A DNA stretch of 24,907 nucleotides, from the IMG/VR virus record IMGVR_UViG_3300024228_000644, positions 1-24,907 of that record. One strand, 5' to 3'. This DNA is from a virus. Taxonomy: Duplodnaviria > Caudoviricetes. Both the position numbers and the translations under genes were made by a program. The notes beneath the pieces were generated by a model that had not been told where the DNA came from, ran no database searches, and saw only the letters and a list, made by a program, of their open reading frames with translations. How positions within the stretch are numbered: position 1 is the first letter of the stretch; every line of letters begins with the position of its first letter. Positions 17,871 through 24,907 of this stretch are shown piece after piece.

Positions 17871-19480
17871 TATGCTTTTTTACCTTCTGCACGATATTCT
17901 GCTTGCATTTCATAATACAGATCATTATAGTATTGACAATCAAAATAAAATTCTTCCATCTCTGGAAATGTTTGTACAAAGTCAGTACCATTACGTTCAT
18001 CCATTTTATTTACAAAATCATAAAACATAGCACGTTTTTTGATCAGATCAAAACCTTCATTACGTTCAGGTTTGTTCTTTTGATTAAAATACAAGCGGTG
18101 TACTACAATACGTTTAAACTTGTCAATTTCATATTCTTCAAATCCCTGATGATCGCTCCATGCTCCATTACTACTGCGATTGCTCATATAGTCTAGTGTG
18201 GGTAATAGATAGTCTTCCACTAGTTGATGACTACATATCTGAACATCTAAATAATCTGGACTTCTCAAATAAGGAACATCTAGTCCAACTATCACACTGT
18301 GATCTGGACTATGTTCTCGCCTAGCAGTAAGCGACATATCGCCTGGTCGAGTAATACGAAACCCAGTACTTGTTTCCAAATGCTGATTACTGTTATTTGG
18401 ATTGTATTTTTGTTTAAGTTGATATTGCCATTCTAGTAACTTGCGGAATCCAGTGACACTGAATATATTAAACGTAGCCATAATAACTGCACGTACATTA
18501 CCAAGTTGTAGTAGTTGCTCATATCGTTTGCGAAATAGTTCAAAATTTAATCCACGTCTGGCATACTCGGCTTGTTTGCCCCAACTTTCAACACTGGTGT
18601 AGATAGTAATCTTCTTAACGTGATTATCTTCTTTAAGAACAACTAGTTTCTCAATAAACTTATCCCAAATTTTATCAGGTATACTAAGATTACTATTAAT
18701 GCTAAACTCTAGTTCTGGATTTGGATTTTGAATAAAAAAGTCCATTGTTTTGAGTGTTTCTTTACTCATCAATGGCTCGCCACCAGTAATACGGAAATGT
18801 TTTAAATGCTTGTATGCATCAGGAAACCATTTCCAAAATGCATCAATGTAAGGATTAAAGTCTCGGTTCTTATAACTTAGATTATCTAAATCCTGATACC
18901 CTTGTACCCAAGTTTCAGTTTTATCACCTTCGAAAACTTTGATGGGACCGTTTATTTTTAGATCCTCTACCCATTTACTACTAAATTCAGGTCCGCAATA
19001 GTGACATGCAAGGTTACATGCATTACTAAAACTAACCTCTAAGTAGCTTGGATATATATTTTCATCACCTTTAAGATTAACAACTTCATCAAAGTCAGTA
19101 AGTGCCCAGGGCTCTAAACTTTTGTAGTGTCTATCGCTAGTTCCGCTATCGTCTTCAACTCTCCAACAATAATCACACTCACTGGGCTTTTCATTATTAA
19201 GCATTTCAGTTCGTGCTTTTTTAAGTACACTGGTATTAAACAACGCTGCAGGATTTTCCTGTATCTCCTTTAATGGTATTTTATGTGGAGATGGGTGATG
19301 ACATGCATGCGTCATACCAGTACCCAAGTGCATAGTTACTTGCTTAAACTTAGCCATACAAAACCCACACCCTTTGCTGTCAAGTAAGGATTTTATTTTT
19401 TCTAAATTATGATGATTGTTGCCAATAGTTCCATCTGACTCTTTTGCCCAATCAACTTCTTGAAATTTTTTTACTGTCAT
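17870..19480 (-). CDS. Radical SAM protein with N-terminal Twitch-like module (CHH variant)
   Basis: FCMAKF...THACHHP...ECDYCW, then EVSFSNACNLACHYC, RITGGEPL, INSNL, AEYARRGL. Tandem paralogue of 16332..17870 with a TAATG overlap. Confidence 0.9.
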   Translation of the reverse strand: MTVKKFQEVDWAKESDGTIGNNHHNLEKIKSLLDSKGCGFCMAKFKQVTMHLGTGMTHACHHPSPHKIPLKEIQENPAALFNTSVLKKARTEMLNNEKPSECDYCWRVEDDSGTSDRHYKSLEPWALTDFDEVVNLKGDENIYPSYLEVSFSNACNLACHYCGPEFSSKWVEDLKINGPIKVFEGDKTETWVQGYQDLDNLSYKNRDFNPYIDAFWKWFPDAYKHLKHFRITGGEPLMSKETLKTMDFFIQNPNPELEFSINSNLSIPDKIWDKFIEKLVVLKEDNHVKKITIYTSVESWGKQAEYARRGLNFELFRKRYEQLLQLGNVRAVIMATFNIFSVTGFRKLLEWQYQLKQKYNPNNSNQHLETSTGFRITRPGDMSLTARREHSPDHSVIVGLDVPYLRSPDYLDVQICSHQLVEDYLLPTLDYMSNRSSNGAWSDHQGFEEYEIDKFKRIVVHRLYFNQKNKPERNEGFDLIKKRAMFYDFVNKMDERNGTDFVQTFPEMEEFYFDCQYYNDLYYEMQAEYRAEGKKA

Positions 19481-19483
19481 TTA

Positions 19484-20467
19484 TTACTCAATTTCTGATA
19501 TAACATTATCTTCACGTACCATTGGTGCCATACGACTTGGATTTATATAAACTTCTTTAAAAAACTTACTGGCCTTGTCATCCATGTCCGCTATCTCTAA
19601 TTCTAACTCGTCCTGCAAAATTCGACCCAAGCGCACAGTTTCAGCTTTTAGCTTGTCTATATTGTATCTATATCCAGTTGCTGGACACAGTTCCCCGTCA
19701 GGATCTTCAAATTGCGGCATCACTGTCTCAGTCCAAAACTTAGTGTGCCATTCGAAGTCACGCACATCACGCCAATCCCAGGCATCCCTATCCAAGTTGG
19801 TCATATAGCATCCCAATCTTGCTCCATAAACTGCCCATAATCCATTGATTACATCTTCACCAACACTCATCCATACTAACATACGTTGGTAGTTTTTACG
19901 ATGTAATTTTTTAAGAGCTCGCTTATCAACAATGTTTCCGTCTTCCAAACTCATCTTACAGCCTTCACGAAATCCTGCACGATATGCTTGGTACGGGCTA
20001 CCATTGTTTGCAACATCACAGTAAATATTATTCATTTGTACATAGTTGATGTTCCAGCAAAAGTCTACTTGTGCATGCTTATCATTTTCAGGTGCCGCTT
20101 CGTGTGTACGCATTGCATTTACAACATGTACTGGCCAACACTTAATGCCGCCGTTTCCGTATACAAGTCCGTTTACTGCATTTTTACCTGCCCAACTAAT
20201 AACATCATTTTCACCAATAGTGTTTAAATCTAATTCAATATTAAAAAAATCGCTACGTACAATGTTATCTGCATCTATAGTGATAAATCTGTCAGTTTCA
20301 ACTAGTGCTGCGGCGGCTTTATGAGCGGCATCACTACCCCATACGCCATGACTACGCAATGCCCAAGGGCACTTCTCCAGCAAGTCTTGATAATTTTGAT
20401 CAGCATTTGGTTCGTCGTAACTAATGAATACCACGTCAAATTCAGTGATAGGTATTATTTTGCTCAT
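19484..20467 (-). CDS. GT-A fold (GT2-like) glycosyltransferase
   Basis: DVVFISYDEP, AHKAAA, FITIDAD (DxD), GLVYGNGGIKCWP, RAGFREG. Paralogue of 1843..2553. Confidence 0.72.
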   Translation of the reverse strand: MSKIIPITEFDVVFISYDEPNADQNYQDLLEKCPWALRSHGVWGSDAAHKAAAALVETDRFITIDADNIVRSDFFNIELDLNTIGENDVISWAGKNAVNGLVYGNGGIKCWPVHVVNAMRTHEAAPENDKHAQVDFCWNINYVQMNNIYCDVANNGSPYQAYRAGFREGCKMSLEDGNIVDKRALKKLHRKNYQRMLVWMSVGEDVINGLWAVYGARLGCYMTNLDRDAWDWRDVRDFEWHTKFWTETVMPQFEDPDGELCPATGYRYNIDKLKAETVRLGRILQDELELEIADMDDKASKFFKEVYINPSRMAPMVREDNVISEIE

Positions 20468-21447
20468 GTATTGTTTCCTTTGATTGAAAATGTTACTTTA
20501 TGTTTTTGGTGCAACAAGTTATAATTTTGTATATTTCCCTGAATCTTTATAGCACATTTCTTTTTAGTTTTAAGTTCACGTATATTTATTGGTATGCTTC
20601 CATAGTATTCGTCTGGTGTGTCGCCCACTAAGTACACCCATAATTTATCTTCATGCAATCCGATGTCAGTTAACTCACCACTACTTAGCGGTGTTGTAAT
20701 TGTAAGAAAATCACCCTTTTGGGTTATGTTAATATGTCCTTGATTATGCGTGTGTTCAGCATATCTGTGTATGTAAGAAAAATTCTTGACAAGACTTTGT
20801 TGTGCAATATTCAATGGACTATTAAAAATATCTAAGTAGTAATTTTTAAAACAACGCCTAGTTAAGAATCCAAGATCAGTTAAACTAACATGTTTACGTA
20901 TACTAGTAATATCATATATAACATTGCCATTATCCAATAGTTCCTGTGCATCAACATCAATGGTATCTATTAGGTAATCCGGATTATTATGTTTAACTAT
21001 ATATAGAGATAGATCATTTTTATCGTCAACAACAATCTTCTTGTTAAACGTCATGTTACTAAGTTTGCGTATACTTAAAGGATTAACTTCTACTACTAGT
21101 TTATTATTACCAGCATATACCAATACCCTAATATCCCAATCATCTTTTTTTACATTAGCCAATTGGTGTAGATTAGTTTCACTACTACGTAACCGTACTA
21201 CGTTATCTTTTTTAACAATTGCTAGTTCATTATTATCATCAAATGATACAATGTAGTCTTTTTCATTTTCGTAACCTTTAAGAATATTTTCTGCTAGATA
21301 ACTGTCAGTCAGTAGGCATGGATACTCTGAAGTATCCTGTTCAATTGATGCTATTTGTATAATAGCCCCAGTCCATTCATCATAAAAAACATAAAACTGC
21401 TTTTTAGATTCTAATGTTACTGTCTTTAACACGTTGTCTGTAATCAT
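20464..21447 (-). CDS. Hypothetical protein (327 aa)
   Basis: Long ORF inside the coupled operon, with an ATGA overlap with the next gene. Internal similarity between LSLYIVKHNNPDYL and LWVYLVGDTPDEY suggests a duplicated domain. No family recognised. Confidence 0.8.
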   Translation of the reverse strand: MITDNVLKTVTLESKKQFYVFYDEWTGAIIQIASIEQDTSEYPCLLTDSYLAENILKGYENEKDYIVSFDDNNELAIVKKDNVVRLRSSETNLHQLANVKKDDWDIRVLVYAGNNKLVVEVNPLSIRKLSNMTFNKKIVVDDKNDLSLYIVKHNNPDYLIDTIDVDAQELLDNGNVIYDITSIRKHVSLTDLGFLTRRCFKNYYLDIFNSPLNIAQQSLVKNFSYIHRYAEHTHNQGHINITQKGDFLTITTPLSSGELTDIGLHEDKLWVYLVGDTPDEYYGSIPINIRELKTKKKCAIKIQGNIQNYNLLHQKHKVTFSIKGNNT

Positions 21448-22252
21448 CTAATACTTCTTCATCTAAAAATGCATCACTATTATAGCATATGATACCACTC
21501 ACACGGTGGTTATTAACTTTAAGTGTGCCATTTGTAAACCAACTACTAAGGTATTCCACCCAGTCTGTCGGTAAGTCATCGTCGTCAAGAGTTAAGTTAT
21601 CTAAACTTAATAATTTGTAGGGAATATGTCCATGTATATTTGATTCTTCTCCCAGCATCATAATAGTGGTATTAATTAACAAGTTTATATCAAAATACCC
21701 AGGACGGCCTTCACTTATGAATTTAAGATACACTCTACGAAATTCTTTAAGTACAACATCTAGCATCTTAAAAAACTGTTCTGATCTTTCTCTTCGACTG
21801 AAATAAAATATATCTGTCATGTAAGTGGGAATATCGTTACGCTCATGAATACTAAATTTGTCGTTTAGTGGTACTGGTTCACCTCTAAAATTTTCTACAG
21901 TTTTACTGAACACATAGTCATGCAATACTATATTATCCCAGATGTCATCGATGTTATGTGTTACTATACATCTACGATCAATATACATTGTGTGTTCAAA
22001 TGTACTACATGCATGCAATTGCCATAAATTAATTGCAATATCTTCAGTTGGATCATAATGCCCATATGGCAGTTCTACAATACTATCAAATGTATCCTCA
22101 TACTTTTGCGGTACAGAGTCAAATTTGTCTACAACAAGACAAAACTCGCGATCTGGATCAGCTAGTTTTAAACTACTAGCCAATGCTACTGCTTGCTCAA
22201 CTTGTATATTACCTGGAGACTTTGTTGCTATTGTAATATATCCCTGAGTCAT
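21404..22252 (-). CDS. GT-A fold (GT8-like) protein with degenerate DxD
   Basis: GYITIA..QAVALASSLK, CSTFEHTMYIDRR (DxD position reads DRR), IFYFSR..SEQFF, FDIN. Paralogue of 22249..23136. Confidence 0.6.
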   Translation of the reverse strand: MTQGYITIATKSPGNIQVEQAVALASSLKLADPDREFCLVVDKFDSVPQKYEDTFDSIVELPYGHYDPTEDIAINLWQLHACSTFEHTMYIDRRCIVTHNIDDIWDNIVLHDYVFSKTVENFRGEPVPLNDKFSIHERNDIPTYMTDIFYFSRRERSEQFFKMLDVVLKEFRRVYLKFISEGRPGYFDINLLINTTIMMLGEESNIHGHIPYKLLSLDNLTLDDDDLPTDWVEYLSSWFTNGTLKVNNHRVSGIICYNSDAFLDEEVLDDYRQRVKDSNIRI

Positions 22253-23136
22253 GTAACTGCTCCAATCATAGCATCAAAATTACGCCCAATACTACGCTTG
22301 TTCATTACATGTAAATTCTGATGTAAATTTCTTGATACAATGTCTTTCCATGGTTCATTACGATCATTTGACAAAAATACCCAATCATTAGAAGATTTAA
22401 TTTCAACTATATCATCTTTTTGATCCATATATTGCATTGGACCGTCAATGATCTTATGTATAGTATCGCCATCTGCCATACCATTCATTAAATGTGAGGC
22501 AACACTAACACAATAATCAGTACGATACATATGTCCTGGAAAACTGTATAGGAATTTATAAAAACTATATTCTGTTTTTGTATGCGCCCATAGATCAAAA
22601 AACATATCACTAGTGTCACTACGATCAAAATAAACTACAGTACTCCACCACATTGGTACACCAACTGGATTTAAGTATTGTTCATATAAATCTGGCGGGT
22701 CGCCACGTAAATCACATGCAGAATTATACATACCAACATGTATGTGTTCTTGTTCAAACAGATAATCTAAGTTATCATTACGCACAATATAGTCAATATC
22801 TAATAGTAATGTTTTATCAAACGGAGAGTACTCATTAACCAAATGCTTATTACTATTCTGAAAATGACTGTCAAATGTAGTCCATGGACTATCATAATGT
22901 GTTCTTACATTTTCTTCTTGTTTAACATCTGTGATTACTACTTCGTCAAATGCTTTTTCAACTAACTCCTTGCCAAGGCTTGATTCAAGCCAGTTATAAT
23001 CACCGTCTGAAGTAATCAGGCAAGTGTTGTTGTTTTTCATATGCTTTTTTACATATAGTGCAGACAGCAGTGCCAACTGTACATAATCAATTTCACTGTT
23101 GTTATAGGCAAAAAAGCAACATCCGTTATAACTCAT
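22249..23136 (-). CDS. GT-A fold (GT8-like) glycosyltransferase
   Basis: GCCFFAYNN..DYVQLALLSALYVK, SPFDKTLLLDIDY (DxD), WSTVVYFDRS..FF, YRTDY..SVA, HVMNK. Confidence 0.68.
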   Translation of the reverse strand: MSYNGCCFFAYNNSEIDYVQLALLSALYVKKHMKNNNTCLITSDGDYNWLESSLGKELVEKAFDEVVITDVKQEENVRTHYDSPWTTFDSHFQNSNKHLVNEYSPFDKTLLLDIDYIVRNDNLDYLFEQEHIHVGMYNSACDLRGDPPDLYEQYLNPVGVPMWWSTVVYFDRSDTSDMFFDLWAHTKTEYSFYKFLYSFPGHMYRTDYCVSVASHLMNGMADGDTIHKIIDGPMQYMDQKDDIVEIKSSNDWVFLSNDRNEPWKDIVSRNLHQNLHVMNKRSIGRNFDAMIGAVT

Positions 23137-23484
23137 TTACCAGTCCATTACCTTTTTTATATTTCTTGCTTTTGATAGTTTGTTTGTTTCTATTAAAAAC
23201 TCATTCATTGCTTCATTATATTTTTCAATAATCATTAACTTAAATTCATGCAAGTCATCAATTTGAATTGGTGTATTACGACTATCTTGTATTACTGCAT
23301 GTTGAAACTCATTATCCAATAAACTTTGGACAAAACTAATTAACAATTGATCAGCACGCCATGTGCCTTTTTTGTACATAAAAGTCTGTTGCGTTTCCAT
23401 TCTGATTTTGAGGTTTTTCTTTTGATTTTCTATTGTCATTCGATAATTAGAAAATTCCAATGCTTTTTCTAAGCGGTCATCCAT
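23137..23484 (-). CDS. Hypothetical phage protein (115 aa)
   Basis: Strong SD GGAGG (23495-23499). First gene of the long minus-strand operon. Helical N-terminus MDDRLEKALEFSNY and a D..NTPIQI motif; function unknown. Confidence 0.85.
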   Translation of the reverse strand: MDDRLEKALEFSNYRMTIENQKKNLKIRMETQQTFMYKKGTWRADQLLISFVQSLLDNEFQHAVIQDSRNTPIQIDDLHEFKLMIIEKYNEAMNEFLIETNKLSKARNIKKVMDW

Positions 23485-23520
23485 AGTGCTTCTACCTCCG
23501 TATACGGTTATTTAACTACT

Positions 23521-23549
23521 ACTATAACTTATTTATGATTGTTTGTCAA
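23521..23549 (-). promoter_or_regulatory. Sigma70-type promoter TTGACA-N17-TATAGT with nested late box CATAAATA
   Basis: -35 TTGACA at 23549-23544, 17-nt spacer containing CATAAATA (23537-23530), -10 TATAGT at 23526-23521. Confidence 0.72.
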
Positions 23550-23554
23550 GCGGT

Positions 23555-24775
23555 TTAGCTGTCGTTAGCTGAATTAAAGTTTTCAATGACGCTAGCTGTT
23601 GGGCCAGTTACGCTATACGAAACTGAATTTTTTGAAATATTATTAGGTTGTAATGTTTTAGCAAAAAATGTAGTGGTTCCAGTGATGGGATTTGCATGAT
23701 GTGATCCATCATCCATTACTACTTTAATTTGTACTTGGTGGGCTGACCCCACTTCAACATATTTGGCATAAAAAACTGCACGAAGGTTTGCATATCCGCC
23801 GCCGTAACCGCCGCCGCCGTAACCGCCACCAGGACTAGCACTACTAAAAATTGTTTGCCAATCTGTAGTTAAATGATAAAATCCCCTACCGTTACTAATT
23901 CCGCCACTACCACTTTGTAATGTGCCTTCATGATTCATACGAACTGTGCCCAGTCCAGTACATATTGCATTCCAACTTGCATAACCAGCATTTGAGGCGT
24001 TGCCTGTCATATCTAGACTGAATCGTATCTCGCCTCCACTATTAAAAAAGTATCGTGCTTGACTATAGTCAGTAAAGGTATAAGCAAATATACCTTCTAA
24101 ACGTGAATCCCATGCATCGGTACGTGCAAAATTTCCTGCGTTTGTTTCACTTGATGCACTTGCACCTACAGTTAAATGTACATCGTTCATTAATACATTT
24201 GTTTGATACACATTTTCAATATAATTACCATCATTGGCAGTAATGTCAGTACCAACTGAAACATTTGTAAGTTGTGTACTGTCTCCAACATGTGTTAATA
24301 TAGCGTTAGATCTATCAATTAAACTATTGGTATGTACACTCTCAACTTTGTCATTGGGTGCCAAATTATTTACAACTGCGCTATTACCATAGCCAAATCT
24401 ATGTGTGTATCGATTAAATACAACCACACGGGTTGCCGCTGGAACGGCTGTGGTAAATGTAATAGTATTAGCAGTATAGTCTATACTATAGCCACTGCCG
24501 ACCTTTGATTCCTGTCCAACTACTACGACAATAAAGTCTGTTGATACTACATCAGTAGTTAGTGAAAAAGGTCCAACACCAGGACTTGTTGATGGATAGT
24601 CTGTTTCATGTATTGAAAATATTGCATTACAGTCTGCGGCATTAATAATTGTGCCACCACTAAAACTAGCATCGTACTGCCGTCCAGAATACACATCAGC
24701 AAAACACTTATTGCATAAATCTGCAAGTGCATTGTAATGTGATGCCTGTATTACTTGACCGACGCTAACTGCCAC
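23555..24775 (-). CDS. Putative virion structural (tail/baseplate-associated) protein
   Basis: GTG start with SD AGGAG. Gly/Ser/Thr/Asn-rich, with repeated VSVG..I.A...N motifs, a YSIDYTANTITFTTAVP beta-module, ARYFFNSGGEI and a GGGY repeat. Follows a tail-fibre-like gene. Confidence 0.65.
   Translation of the reverse strand: MAVSVGQVIQASHYNALADLCNKCFADVYSGRQYDASFSGGTIINAADCNAIFSIHETDYPSTSPGVGPFSLTTDVVSTDFIVVVVGQESKVGSGYSIDYTANTITFTTAVPAATRVVVFNRYTHRFGYGNSAVVNNLAPNDKVESVHTNSLIDRSNAILTHVGDSTQLTNVSVGTDITANDGNYIENVYQTNVLMNDVHLTVGASASSETNAGNFARTDAWDSRLEGIFAYTFTDYSQARYFFNSGGEIRFSLDMTGNASNAGYASWNAICTGLGTVRMNHEGTLQSGSGGISNGRGFYHLTTDWQTIFSSASPGGGYGGGGYGGGYANLRAVFYAKYVEVGSAHQVQIKVVMDDGSHHANPITGTTTFFAKTLQPNNISKNSVSYSVTGPTASVIENFNSANDS
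23798..23827. repeat. Perfect 15-bp tandem repeat x2 (GCCGCCGTAACCGCC) encoding part of GGGYGGGGYGGGY
   Basis: 23798-23812 is identical to 23813-23827. GC-rich patch in an AT-rich background. Confidence 0.9.
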
Positions 24776-24776
24776 C

Positions 24777-24907
24777 TTATTTGACTCCTACTACAATTTC
24801 AATTAACCCTGGCTCTTGATTTATTTTAGCATCAAGGGCTCTACCAATTATGTGCTGGTATGTACAATCTTCGCCATCACTAACTGCTCTGGCATGACCT
24901 GGGGTAC
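24777..24907 (-). CDS. C-terminal end of a tail fibre/spike-like protein (intramolecular chaperone/peptidase G2-like tail), partial
   Basis: Not in the ORF track. Manual translation gives ...TPGHARAVSDGEDCTYQHIIGRALDAKINQEPGLIEIVVGVK*. This matches the PG.A...IIG(K/R)AL....G.IE(V/I)VVG ending typical of phage tail-protein chaperone domains. The stop is 1 nt before the next GTG. Confidence 0.65.
   Translation of the reverse strand, partial: TPGHARAVSDGEDCTYQHIIGRALDAKINQEPGLIEIVVGVK

Noticed and set aside
16723-20590. Intragenic late-box variants CATAAATA (16723-16730) and AATAAATA (20583-20590) on the minus strand
   Set aside because: They are one-mismatch 8-mers inside coding sequence and far from start codons, which is expected by chance at this AT content.
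427-22838. Numerous 60-150 aa alternative ORFs in the track (e.g. 427..642, 4519..4971, 11336..11722, 14168..14515, 20046..20324)
   Set aside because: They lie antisense or out of frame within long motif-bearing genes, mostly lack SD sites or use weak starts, and show no motifs. They are shadow ORFs.
23498-23507. Palindrome CCGTATACGG touching the GGAGG SD
   Set aside because: As RNA it gives only a 3-bp stem with a 4-nt loop. It is a single occurrence and too weak to call an operator or translational switch.
1-24907. Interpretation as a bacterial O-antigen/capsule locus or a RiPP cluster
   Set aside because: No flippase, polymerase, transporter, peptidase, RRE or clear precursor peptide was seen. 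T4-type late boxes and tail-type genes favour a phage origin.
1-24907. Interpretation as a known DNA hypermodification or 7-deazaguanine (QueE/FolE/DpdA) cluster
   Set aside because: No thymidylate synthase/hydroxymethylase, kinase, QueC/QueD, FolE or DpdA-like gene was recognised, and the context is late and structural. It is not fully excluded without nucleoside analysis.
1-24907. tRNA, rRNA, CRISPR arrays, introns/inteins, transposases, intrinsic terminators
   Set aside because: None were recognised. Intergenic gaps are under 100 nt and accounted for by promoters and SD sites.

Overview
AT-rich, very gene-dense segment that looks like part of a large T4-like or jumbo tailed phage genome. 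The basis is T4-type late promoter boxes (TATAAATA), sigma70-type promoters, Shine-Dalgarno sites, ATGA/TAATG gene overlaps, and virion/tail-type genes at the right end. Directly downstream of those virion genes lies a tailoring-enzyme island of at least 23 kb. It encodes nine radical SAM proteins: one cobalamin-binding, three of a GNxGD/C-terminal Twitch family (one truncated at the left edge and missing from the ORF track), and five with the Twitch/SPASM-like module at the N-terminus (two with a CHH variant). It also encodes six glycosyltransferase-like proteins in three paralogous pairs, a variant UDP-glucose/GDP-mannose dehydrogenase, two class I SAM methyltransferases, an isochorismatase-like hydrolase and several hypothetical proteins. 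The island is organised as alternating divergent and convergent units. The divergent units are driven by palindromic back-to-back late promoters, and three genes appear leaderless (TATAAATA-N5-ATG). Best working hypothesis (inference): a phage-encoded, late-expressed radical-SAM glycan-tailoring system that decorates virion proteins. All product calls are from motifs read by eye; no database searches were run.
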